Below, piece by piece: positions 34,001-45,600 of a DNA stretch of 64,000 nt; position 1 is the first letter of the stretch; the number at the start of each line of letters is the position of its first letter. The position numbers and the translations under genes were made by a program. The DNA is from Sminthopsis crassicaudata (Eukaryota), in the NCBI RefSeq assembly GCF_048593235.1, contig NC_133620.1:292531765-292595764 (forward strand), written 5' to 3'. A model generated the notes under the pieces. That model had not been told where the DNA came from and ran no database searches. It worked only from the letters and a program-made list of their open reading frames with translations.

Positions 34001-34931
34001 AATCAGTTTCCCATTCCAGAAGAATGAGCAACCAGAGTCCCAAAGCTGAGATCAAAAACCTCAGACCTATAATTAATCCCATAGTGACCTTAATCTCCTC
34101 ACTCCTGAGGCTAACTTGCCCCATTTCAGGGAATAGCAACTGTGGGAAGCAGCTTTCCCCCCCTTTCCCCTCCATCTAAGGATCTTCCAGGTGGTGAGTT
34201 TTGAAGCCAGGGCTTCAAGAGACTTGGGCAGTGGGGAACCTGGTGGAAAGTTTATGGATAGTGTTCTCTCAGACAAGAAACCTTCAGGGCCAGAGAGCAG
34301 TATTTTGAGCTCCTCAGATCCTATCTACATTCAGAGGAGCGTAGAGATAAGTACATCAATGTAGTGGGAGGATCACTAGCCCCACATGTGCTAGTTAGGC
34401 CTGCATCTCCATGGATAGAAGGAAGTAGAGGAGTTTTCAAGAGTTAACTATCTGAGTGGGGCAGGAAAAGCATTCTCAGGTCAAGGGAACAAGGTACTTT
34501 GGAAGAGAAAGAAAGGGGGGAGGGGCTGCTACCGCAACTAGGAGAGCAAAGAGCTCCTCCTGGCGCTCCATGGCAACGCAGCACTGTGAATATAAACAAA
34601 CTTAAAGACTACGTAACACTCTTCAGTACGAGCCCTAAAACTAAGAACAGGATATAAGAGACTGGCTAGTGGGAGGGCAATAACCAAAACAAGACCAGAA
34701 AGGGGTGAGCTTTCTCCTTCCTCTCCCCAGCCGCAGGAAGGAAAACTCTTTCCGGGCAGTGTGCAGAAGGAAAGGCAGCCAGCCGGAGCCCATTCAAACC
34801 AGGGCTGCCCGCTGCAAAGAGGGAAGGAACGCGAGAGAGGAAACGGCAGATACCTGCACCCAGTAGACACCTCTGACAGGTGTGAGACCCAAGCGCCGCC
34901 TAAGCAGCAGAGTTAGGAGAGAGGACGCCAT
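25094..34931 (-). CDS. MRPS18B: Mitochondrial ribosomal protein S18B (mS40), 7 exons, 253 aa
   Basis: Exons 34854-34931, 33272-33374, 31963-32060, 31761-31829, 26142-26208, 25702-25761, 25094-25380; in frame, GT-AG. Motifs [56 protein letters not shown]; the Zn-ligand Cys residues are retained. Confidence 0.96.
27100..27880 (+). mobile_element. L2 LINE ORF2 remnant in MRPS18B intron 4
   Basis: ctaaactcttggagaaggctg...ttcaactgaaattactctc...catcctttttgacctgcagcctttgatact: degenerate L2 RT region. Confidence 0.6.
28100..28660. mobile_element. Cluster of marsupial SINEs (Mar1-type and RTE-associated Mar/WALLSI-type)
   Basis: ttttcttggcaaagatattggagtagtttg...cattttacagataaggaaact (Mar1); ccagttgtcctgatctgtatctggccactggacccagatggctctggagg...gaagaacaaacaataacaa (RTE-type SINE). 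Family names approximate. Confidence 0.65.
28820..28945 (-). mobile_element. Internally deleted WSINE1
   Basis: poly-T, then ggctgaggcaattgaggttaagtgactt...tttgaactcgggtcctcctgacttcagggctggtgctcaatccactgcaccacctagctgccc. Confidence 0.88.
32795..32950 (+). mobile_element. L1 3' end
   Basis: ttggattacttgccatct...ttttgcaagggtgaatgttgaaattatccatgcatatgttttgaaaataaaaagcttt plus A-tail. Confidence 0.8.
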
Positions 34932-35570
34932 CTTGGTGTACGTAGGAGTGGGGGAATCACCAGACTGAGCATGTCTGTTAGCAGGCTGGGTGGGGCTGAT
35001 GTGAGAAACGCACGTTGCCGAGACGTGGCTATGTGCGCATGCGTCAATGCGTAGGGGCGAAGACGACCAATTTTAACTGCGTCATAATAGAATTGGCCTT
35101 CAAAATTACCATTGCTGTAGCCACTTCGCTATGGTTCCTAGATCCATTACACAATCTTTTGCATATGAACAAATTTGTGGTTGATTTTTGGCTCCGGTTC
35201 TACTAGTGCGCATGCGCAGGGGCGATTAGGCCTACTTAGGGTGAGGTTTGACGGCGAAGGGGTGGGAAAGAAGATGATCGGGGAAGGAAGGGAGGGTGGG
35301 CCCCAACCAATCGTCGTAACTCTCGTCTCGAGCAGAGGGTTGGGTAGAGAGCGGAAGAGAGAGTTGAAGGATAAGTGTAGCATAGGTTGTGATACGACAG
35401 CCAATCAGCTTACGGTTCCTTGAAGTGGCTGACCAATTAGCTTGTGCCTCGCGCACAATGGCGCAGGGTGTCAGTATATCGTGAGCGCGCTAGTGTGCGC
35501 GGGGCGGTGCCCCTGTATAAAAGGTGTCGGCGGAGCGAGCAGTCGCCATTCTGGGGTTCGTTTAGAGGTA
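34540..35570. promoter_or_regulatory. Bidirectional CpG-island promoter of MRPS18B (-) and PPP1R10 (+)
   Basis: NRF1 TGCGCATGCG at 35034-35043 and palindromic TGCGCATGCGCA at 35207-35218; CCAAT at 35307, 35401 and 35433; GC box 35501-35507; TATAAAA 35516-35522; YY1-like CGCCATTCT 35544-35552; YY1 AAGATGGCG over the MRPS18B ATG; RFX-like GTTGCCATGGAGC (minus) 34565-34577. Confidence 0.85.
35541..35567 (+). other. PPP1R10: PPP1R10 non-coding exon 1 (5' end approximate)
   Basis: About 25 nt downstream of the TATA box; ends at the consensus donor GAG|GTAAGT. Confidence 0.7.
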
Positions 35571-35787
35571 AGTACTGGTTCTTTGTCGGTTGGTATGGTG
35601 CGTGGCGGCATAGTGGTAGAAGAAGCTAAAAAAAGGTGGTGGGGGTGAGAGTGGAGTTTGTTTTAGTGCTTCTTCTTGGAATCCAGAGGATGCATTTTGG
35701 AAAGCGTAGTGGGCTGTAAATGAGACACAAAAAGATTAAAGCCAATTAATGACATTATTGTTTCCTCCTTTATTTTCCTCTTCCCAG

Positions 35788-36261
35788 GTTCGAATTTAAT
35801 CGGAGGAAACAGACCAGCCACGAGGAAAAAAGCTGCCGTAACAGCACCTAAAGGATCCTTCGAGGGGGGGGAAGCAGCAGCTACCAACCCAACCACTTGT
35901 GTCTTCTCTGCCCCATCGCCCTATCTTGTTTCCCGCCCCTTCTCCCAGCCCAACCTGCTTGGGACTAAAATCTGGCTGAAGGACCATCACCACAAAATCT
36001 ATCAAAAATAATCAACCACCCTTCCTCCAACTCCCAAGTCCCGTCAAAGCTGCCCATCCAGCGTCTCCTTTTTGAATCCACTCAGTTTTTTGTTTTTTTG
36101 TTTTTTTTTTTGTTTCTAAGACCCTCTCCTTAAGTGGAGGGGGGGTAATGAATCCTGAGTTGGCTTTATTTTTTTAAAAGAGACTTTTTGATCCAATGAG
36201 GCCCCCAAGTAATTAAGCTTTGGGTCCTGGTTGGTTTTATTTTTTCTCCAAATTTTAACCC
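35788..36261 (+). other. PPP1R10: PPP1R10 non-coding exon 2 (runs into the assembly gap)
   Basis: Strong acceptor tttcctcttcccag|GTTCGAATTT; the sequence follows the recalled human 5'UTR (CCACGAGGAAAA, CCAACCACTTGTGTCTTCT, GACTTTTTGATCCAATGAGGCCCCC) up to the Ns. Confidence 0.75.
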
Positions 36262-36411
36262 NNNNNNNNNNNNNNNNNNNNNNNNNNNNNNNNNNNNNNN
36301 NNNNNNNNNNNNNNNNNNNNNNNNNNNNNNNNNNNNNNNNNNNNNNNNNNNNNNNNNNNNNNNNNNNNNNNNNNNNNNNNNNNNNNNNNNNNNNNNNNNN
36401 NNNNNNNNNNN
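36262..36411. other. Assembly gap (150 N)
   Basis: Run of N directly visible. Confidence 1.
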
Positions 36412-39400
36412 AATAATTGAGCTGGAGAACGACCAATCCGGTCGCTTGAGTCTCCATTAAAAAAACAAAACAAAACATTAGGTCTTAAAAGTCTTGTTCT
36501 CTCTCCCCTACCACCTCCCTCTTCCCTGCCCTGGAGCAGGCATGGAGAGGGTGGGGGGGCCGACAAGTGAGGATTTTCTTGATGGTTAACCCTTGGTAAT
36601 CCAGCCAATTTTCTAGACTGCCAAAGCCATAAAAGTTCGATACTTTTTATAAGGAGGAATGGGATCCCATCCTCTGGATGCCAGCAGTCTTTCGGAAGGG
36701 TTAATGAGCTCACATACAAAAGACGTGGATCTTGTGGCCTAAAAGTCCCACTTCTTTGTGTGTGAGACAAGCAGGGGCGCCTTTCAATTGGCCAGATTAA
36801 TAAGCAATCTGTACATAAAGATTGCAGGGTAAGGAGATGCGAAGATAAATATTAGCTGGCTACGGCTTAATGGTTAAATCCTCTCGTTAAATTTTAATGT
36901 AAGTTGCTTGAGGTATATAATTTGTGTGCTTTACATAGGTGGCAATCTGCGAATAAAGATTGCAAGACACTTAAGCCATAGTAAAATAGTGCCAATACAT
37001 CCAAGTATTAGTTGGGAAGGTAAAGAATGTCTTGTAATTGTTGCAGCTTGCAGAGCTTTTTTTTTTTTTTGAAGTTATAACTTTTAACTTGATTTTTAAG
37101 ATGGGTGCAGTTAACGGGGGAGGGATATAAAGTGGGAGGGGGGGCAATGTGGGGAATAAGGCGTGTAATTTTAAAAGGCCATTTAGTGCAATTTTGAATG
37201 CTAGATTTCTAAAAAATTTGTGTCGTTAAAAGGAATTTTTTTTTTCTTCCCTGCTTCAATATGGCGACTTTTCCTTGTCCTTTTGTCTCTTCCGAGCGGC
37301 GTTGCAGGTTGTGTCTTAAACCATATTTTTCCTCCTGTCTTTTACCCACCTTGACCTCCTTTGTTGGGAGGGGCCCAATTCCTCTCATTTGTAGTATAGA
37401 AACGGGGGTGGACTGTATTAGCAGTTTGATCTCCAACTGCAAATTATCTACCCCAGGCAGGAGAAACAACTTTTAAGTAACATTTTAAATTGTCTTTTTT
37501 TTTTTTTTTTAACCAAATCATGAGGTTTAATAAGTTAAACACAATTTGTTTTTGTTTTTACTGGGGACGGGTTTTAATGGGCTGTTTGTACTGTAACCTT
37601 TACGGCAAATCGTAGATATTTTTTTTCCTCCTTGAATCTCTTCTCCATTGCAAGATGGCGTCCCTGCTTTGTTGTTTTTCTCCTTCCTCTTCCCTCTGGC
37701 CAGCCAGAGCATAGTGTTAGTTTTGGAGGTTAGTTAAGGGGGAGGAGCAGTCTGGAAAGGTGATGTAATCGGATTTCTTTCACTCCCCTCCACCCTCCTG
37801 AAGCTCCACCCCCCTCAGTTTTGCTTTTTGAGCCATGATCAAACTTGGAAGTAGTGGAGTCCTGGCACTTGCATACCTTTTCCATCTCTACATATTTGAT
37901 CTTAAATTTTTTACCCCCATTCTTTTATTTCACAAAGCACCCCATTTTCTCCAGCAAGCTAGTAGAAATTTAACATATCTAGAGGTTGTTTCTTCAGTGG
38001 ATATTTATGGGTAGTTTTTCAATTTAGCAAAAGGATCATTTTTTCTCCAGTTTTAGAATATCCTAGAAATTCCTTCACATATACACAAACTGGGGAACAA
38101 TAAGTTTATTTCCCTTTAAGGATAACCCAAGTAGCATTGAACCCAAAGGATAGGAATAATCTGGGTGAGTTTATAGTCTTGAATAAGAGAAATCTCTAGT
38201 CTATGAATTTCTATTGTTAGGTTTTTACTGGAGCTAGTCTTTAGGCAAGGGACATTTTTACCTTTTGTAAGGTAAGGGTGGGTACTGGAAGGCTTTCCTC
38301 TAAAATTCCCATCTTTTCTGGTTTTGGGGTAAAACTCTTTTGTGTTCCGTGCTGTACCACCTCCAGTTGCTTAGCCTCCTGTACATTGGTACTAGGATGA
38401 GGAGTGAATCTTTAGGAAAAAGGCGGCAGTTGTAAACTCAAGGCAGGGGGAGTCAAGCTTCGTTTTCTGGTAAGCAAAACCTTTCTGGTATTACATTTCA
38501 CAACCTTCATTTCTGTTTTCCAATTAATCATTTTTAAAATATTTTTTACCTTTTTTCTCCTGCCCAAACTTACTGCTGATAATGGAAACATGGTGTTCTC
38601 CATTTTCAACTCATGCAGTGCTATAGCAACCAGTGCATGTCCAAGCCATGGCAGTGAGGCTGGTGTTTGTGACCTGTCCTTTTTTTTTTTTTTTCTAATT
38701 TTAAAAAACTTTTAGGTTCATGGCAAAGTTGAAAGGCCTGACCATGAATATTCCTTTGTATAGTACCACTTGTCCAGCTTAAGTAAGTCCATGTGCTCTT
38801 AAGATGGACCTATTTACACTCCTATTTACAGGAGGTTTTATTTTAAGAAAAACTAAACACAAATTGTGTGTTTGCTATATACCTGGGGATATGAATATAT
38901 TACCCCCTTGAATTCCTGAACTAGATAGGCAAGTAATTTTGGGAGACTGTCTGCAGTGTGAAAATTGAGGAATAAAGGAGTCTTAAGGAACCAACTTGGA
39001 AATGCCAATCTACTAATCAGTTTGAGATGTGTCTTGGGTACCATAACTGCCTTTTTACAAAGCTCTTGATTCTGCCATTTCTTAAAAGGCAAGCAGACCT
39101 GAATCCCTCTGTGACCCAAGAGTACTTGATAGATAAAAGTTTGGTAGAGATAACAGATGACAGAATGGGTCCACAACTTTATGGCTTAATGGTAGGCTAC
39201 AATTCATATCTTTCTCCTAGAGGGTATAGAGTTCGAAGTTTCTCTTATGCCAGGGAAATATACAACTCAAAATTATTTAACTCTTTAATAGGTGCCTTTA
39301 AGATCTCTAGGGGGAAAGGAATGTAAATTTTAGGCCATTAACAAAATTTAAATTTCCAGAAGTGCTGCAGCAAAGTAGGCTTATAAACTTCATTTCTCCT

Positions 39401-42400
39401 CTTTTTTATTAAAAGGAAATTTTATCTTTGGGATAGGCAATTTTAAGAGGTTTGAGTTTCACATGTTAACCCTGAACCCACTCAATTCATGAGATTTTAA
39501 TTTCACTCCAGCCAGTTAATTGATAAAGATTTTCACACTTTGTTTAGTGAAGCCAACAGAACTCTTCCAGAGAAAGGCTTTTTAATCCGGATCTCTTGAG
39601 AACCCCTAAATCATTTCTATATATTGCTCCAAATTTTCCCAGAACTTTAGAGGAAAGAAAGGCTTTGAGGATAGAGTATCCAGATCAGTATAATGATCTG
39701 GCAGCTAACGGCTCTTTAAGAATCAAGGCTAGGTAGACAATGGCTTAAAGAAAAAACCTGAAGGTTCTGAGAGAATTTGTTGATTTTTTCTTTACTTCTT
39801 TGGTCAGGGACTCTCTTGCTTTCCCTCAAAAACTTGACCCGGTAACTGGGATTTATGAATCTTGTCTTTTCTCAAAGGAGAGGAAAATTTATTATTTTCC
39901 TCATCTCTACCACATATTTTTCTAAGTTCTCTCATTAAGGAAATGAGCTTACATGGTTTCATATGACCTCAAACTTAATTACTCCTGATTTTTACATGCC
40001 AAGCTCTAAGACAGGAACATTTATTTTTAATATCCAGATACTATGTATTTGGGAGTCTTATCCAATTGAGAGCACTATTTTATGCTTAGCTTTTTTGCTG
40101 TAGTCCTGTAAAAGGAACACATAACTCTTAGTTTGCTCTCTGGTTTAATGGCTCACTGGTTCTGCTTTTATTATTACCCTCTTTGAGATTACATGTCATA
40201 TACAGTATTTGAAAGTGAAAGTTTGTAGATTAATTGAATCCTGAACTTCTAACTGGATGAAAGCTAGTTTTCCTGGGAAGTTACCTCCTTTTCTCCAGAG
40301 TCAAAAATGGTGAGAGTCCTTTTGTGGTAATTAAAACTACTCATTGGTTTGAGGAAGCTTGGGTCATCCCATGTTTAACCTCTTCTGCTGTGGTGGCTAC
40401 ATTTATTTGCTGCTATTTTTGTTGCTTAGCTTTTGTATGAGTGAGATATCTCAGTTATTTTCTGTTCCTGTTGATGATTTTAAATCTCTTGGCTTGAGTT
40501 ATCTTGTTTTCTATTTATTAATAACATAATAATTGGGATTTCCCTCAAGTCCTTGAAAATAAGAGCTGGGGGTCTATTGGAATAGCAGACCTAGTTTTTA
40601 CCATTAGTTGGAAATAGGAAAGATTCATTGATTTGGGGACAAAAAGAATAAATGTTAAGTATTGTGGGATTCCTATACTTGGTTCTTGGGTCAAGTATGT
40701 GTTGGAGTAGTATGGAAAACTTCCATTTTAAGTCTTCTGAGAATTGTTACTCCTCAGGTTCTGTATCCTCAACAGAAAATCTGGCATGAAGTATATGCAT
40801 TTTGCTTAACTGTCTCTTGGTGGTTGATAGTGTTTGTCATTCAAACTTAAGTTGCAACTTCACACCTATCAAAAAGCCTCTGTATAACTGCTCCATACTA
40901 ATTGAGAAAAAAAATCCTTTATTTTTGCACACTGAAGTTTACATAAGGATTAATAGATCTGACAAACCATCAAATTGATAATTTTTATCAGAATTTCATT
41001 CTACTAGAGAAATATTATTTGAATCTTCTTTTTCTCCCACCTTTGGTCCACCTTACTCCCTTCTTACCAGAAGAAACAAAGAGGCAACATTGGTAATTCA
41101 ATAGAAATCCCATACAATTTCTATAGCTGTTTTCCCCCTTCATTTCCATAATATTCAAAGCATCAAATTGCTAAGCCCAAGAAAGAGTTATCTGCAATTG
41201 TCTTTTTATCTTGTTCTTTGATTCCTATGCTCCTTCCATGTCCTTTGTTAACTCTTACACACTAGGGAGAACTGGAAGATAAGTGATCTTTGAATATAAT
41301 ATTAAGGGTGCTATCCTTAAAGCACATTTCTTTGTTTTCATGGGAAAGGCCTCCTTTCTCTGCCTCAGTTTACTAGAACTGGATAACTATAGATTTCCAA
41401 GGAAAACTAAGGTTTTTCCCCTGAAACATGTCTACACTGTCTTAGGGATGTTAGGTGAAACCCCTGGGCAATCATAGGAAAAGAATTTCCCCTTTTTTAA
41501 TAAGTTTATATCAGCCTTAAGCCCCATGCACAGATGTTCCTCTGGCTCTATAAAGGGCTCATGTTTGGAGAAATATTGCATGAAAACTATCTTATCAAAT
41601 CCTATATAATTTGTAGAATCTTCCATCATAACTATTCATACCTTAATCTTTCTCTTAATAGGAATGGTTCCTTTTGGTTCATTTTCTATCTTTTGACATA
41701 GAAATCTAATTATAGTCACTTTGTTTTTAACTTAACCATTTTTCACTTCTAGCTCCCATATATATTCAGGCTGTGAATTCCCATAAATAGACTTTCTTGG
41801 GAATTGAGGAAATTGATGAAATTCTTTTTCAGATTACCACCATTACTTAGGAAATTCCAAGCTGACCAAAAATTTAAGAAATAAAAATTATTCTAGTTAT
41901 TAAAGAGCAACTTCACAGAGCTCAAACCTTTGTTCCACGTGAAACAGAACAAATATCTCTAGTCTATAGCCTCTTTAATATTGTCAGTCTACTTTTTCCA
42001 GTTTTATGTTTCCCTTTCCAAGCATCAGTAGTCTTTTCATTGTAATCTGTCATATTCTATTTGTGCATTGTGATAATGCCTGAATCTTGGAGGACAACTT
42101 TTAAGAGCATCATTGTACTTTCCATTCTCTAAAGCTAAACTTACAAGAATTTAGAACAGAAACGTTCAAATGTGGTACTGTGATACTGTATTTCCTAGTT
42201 TTTAAGTCTTGTTATATAGGTAGCTACCTAGGAATAAATATTTCAGATCTAGAAATATTGAACCAAATAAATTAAAAAACCACACAGAAGATTCATCTGA
42301 CATGGTAAAATTAAGTGGCCTTTTTCTGGCTTTTTTTTTTAAAATAAGAGTCTTGGTCTCTTATCTGTAGCCTGAGGGAGTTCAGCCTTTCTAATAGAAT

Positions 42401-42694
42401 GAAATAGAAAAGAAAAGGAAAGATTTTTCCAATATTCACATCATATAAGTGTTTTATGCTTTGCCCTAATTTCTCTTATTAGTAACCAAAATATCTTGAT
42501 TCTCTTCACTTCTGAATCATTGACTTGGTGGTTAAATAACTTTGATCGCTTAATGGGTAGAATTTACATGTGCTATTTCATTTGTTAATATCAGATGGAT
42601 GATCAAAAAAAAAAAAAAAGGTATTATTGAAAATAATCTTGGTATAATCTTTGATACATTTATTCAATCTTCTCCCCACCCAGGTATTATCATC

Positions 42695-45600
42695 ATGGGC
42701 TCTGGCCCCATTGACCCTAAAGAACTCCTTAAGGGTCTAGACAGTTTCCTTGGTAGGGATGGAGAGGTCAAAAGTTCAGAGGGAATCACCAAGATCTTTA
42801 GGTATGTATAAATTGCCATTGGAATGTATTTTAGGATTAAATGAACAAAAAAGCATGGTGCATGACTACTTATGGTTGTAATAGGTAGGCTTAAGAACAA
42901 TGATGTTAGGAAACAAGTTTTTTTTATTAACAAGTTATTAAAACATTTCTGGTCACCATGGAGTTTTAGTAGCAGTGGCAGTTAATCTAACATTAAATAG
43001 CTATCATTACCTTCCCCTGATTTCCCATCTAAGGCCTGTATATGGAATCCATATATACAGGCTTTTGTCCCTTTTGGATTGCAGCTGATTATCCAGGACC
43101 CCAAATCCTAAAAGCTAGTTCAGTGATGGGATGTCTGATGCTATTTTGTATTATTGTCTTAGATCATATAATTTTATCTTTTACCAGCCTCAGTTTTACC
43201 AGCATGGTTGATTTTAGTTTAAAAAATGGAGGAGATTCAACAACACTTAGACCCTTGCTAAAAATAGGTTGACAGAGTAATATCAAGAACAAACACGGTG
43301 ACTAGTGTTGGTGGGTGTTAGATTGTGACTACTGATTACTTGGAAGGTGAAAATATAGTCTTTGCAAAGGAAATAATAATGCCTAATGCGCCAAGATCAG
43401 TTATATATTTCTCTCCTATCAGAGTACCCTCTATTGTCCTATAAATATCTATTTTTCTAGAAAGATATGTTTCCTCCTTGTTTCCTAGTTTTAGACCCCA
43501 AGTCCCAAGACAGTTATGTTCCTCTGGATGAAAGATGTGTTTCTAACTCTAACCTTAATTCACTTTCCCTTGTAGCCTGATGAAGGAAGCTCGAAAGATG
43601 GTGAGCCGCTGTACATACCTAAATATTCTCCTGCAGACCCGTTCACCAGATGTACTGGCCAAGTAAGTGGGTAACTAGATGTCTAGGAAGTAGAGATGGA
43701 GTAGAATAGGGGATTAAGGCATTGAGGGAATAGACGCATAGAACTTCTGAATTCTGATATTACTTAATATGTTTGCAGGTTTATCAGAGTTGGTGGTTAC
43801 AAGCTCCTTAATAACTGGCTAACTTACTCAAAGACGACCAACAACATACCTCTCTTGCAACAGATTCTGCTCACCCTACAGCACCTACCCCTTACTGTAG
43901 ACCATCTCAAACAGGTACCTCTTTAGGTTTTTAATCTTACCTGAATGTTTCCCATAACTGATAAGAAAATTGCATTTTGTCTGTAAATCAACCCCATTTC
44001 TGGGGCTTATAAGTAGGGGGAGGTAAATTGTAAGGATGGATCGAAACATTTTCTCCTTATACTTCTCTCTTTTTTCCCTTTTCTTAGAACAATACAGCCA
44101 AACTTGTGAAGCAGCTGAGCAAGTCAAGTGAAGATGAAGGTAGATTTTTTCTTTGTTCCCTTCATGTCTATTTTTTCTCCTTATCAGTTGATACCCCGTT
44201 TTTTATCCTCTCCACTTTCTTCTTAACTTCTTTCCTTTTTGGTCTTATACCTGACCAAATCCCTTTGTTTTTCTATAATCTCTAGAATCTAATCCTTAGA
44301 ATTCATTATTTGATGGTAAGGATTCTTTAATTGCATTTTTATCAGTAAATTTCATAGTAACAAAACATAATAACAAAATTAAGCACTTTTTTTTTGTTTG
44401 TTTGTTTTTGACTTTAATATCAGTTTCTCCTTCCCTCCACCTACCCTTTCTTCCCCTTCAAGAAAGCAAGAAAAACAGTACTAATTACTTAATTAGGCAT
44501 GTCAGTCAGCACTCTTAAATCCATCCCTTCTGTATCAGGAGTAGGATAAAGTATTTTTATTATGAGTTCTCTGTAATTGTGGTTGCTCATTGTGTTGATC
44601 AGAGTTCTCAAGACTGTATTTCCATATTGTGTAAATTGTTCTCCTGATTCTGCTCAATGCACTTTGCATCCATACAACTTTTTGAAATATTTTGAAAATT
44701 TCCTTATAATACCTAGTACATCTCTTCCACTTTTAAATTTTCATATGGTATGACTTCAAGTCTTAGTATTATCCTGATCACCACTTTCTGACTCACGCTA
44801 TGCTTCTAAAATGTAACATAGAATTTTATAATAGTTCTTCCAGATGTGTGGTCTCCATCAGTCCAAGTGCACAGGGATAATTCTGTTCTTTATTCTAGAT
44901 ATTTATGTTAATGTAATAGTTACCCTATTATTCTGTTGACTCATTGAGCTTAAGTTCACTAAAAACCACTTGATCTTTGTCATAAAGACTTTCTTGGCCA
45001 TGGCTTTTCCATGCCATTCTCTTTATTCAGTAGATTCTAAACCCCCAACCCAAGTCAATATTTCCTTTTCTCATCTTCTGCCCTTTCTACTTCACTGCCC
45101 ACTTTCCTTAAGAACTAGAATATTTTTATAAAGAAAGAGAAAAATGCATTACATTGAAGTAAAGTACCCAGCAACATATGGGGGACAGGAAAGACAAAAG
45201 AAAAGGAAGAGGACTGTAACTTTATGACGAGTTAAGTCAGTCATTTTGAGTATAATTGACTTCAAGTTGGTGATCCATGGAGGTTGCCCTTTGATTTAGG
45301 ATAGCAAATTATTCTGAATTATAACTCAAGAACGTCTACAGTGGTGGAATGATCTTTTATTTTCATAAAGGATATATATACGGAGCCATCTTTTTCTCCA
45401 TTCATATAATCTTTCTTGGGATGTTTGTTTCAAGTTGCTTATTGGGGTTATTTACAAAGGAGTTGTGAGGACAAGAGAGTAGGGCATAGAAATGGGCAGA
45501 AGTAGAGTAATAGGAAGGGAGTCCCCATGACTGTGTCCATCTCTGTCCTGTTCTTCTGTTTCTAAAATTACTTCTGTTTCCCTTGAAGAACTCCGGAAAT

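Noticed and set aside
34089-34239. Possible cassette exon in MRPS18B intron 1 (ctttccaccag|GTTCCCCAC..., open ~50 codons)
   Set aside because: The candidate donors give 124, 137 or 151 nt, none frame-preserving; the true exon 2 is clearly 33272-33374.
36116-36770. ORF-track entries spanning the N gap
   Set aside because: Artefacts of translating Ns.
41815-41865. TGATGA...CTGA pair resembling a C/D snoRNA in PPP1R10 intron 2
   Set aside because: Only ~50 nt, no convincing terminal stem or D'/C' boxes; expected by chance.
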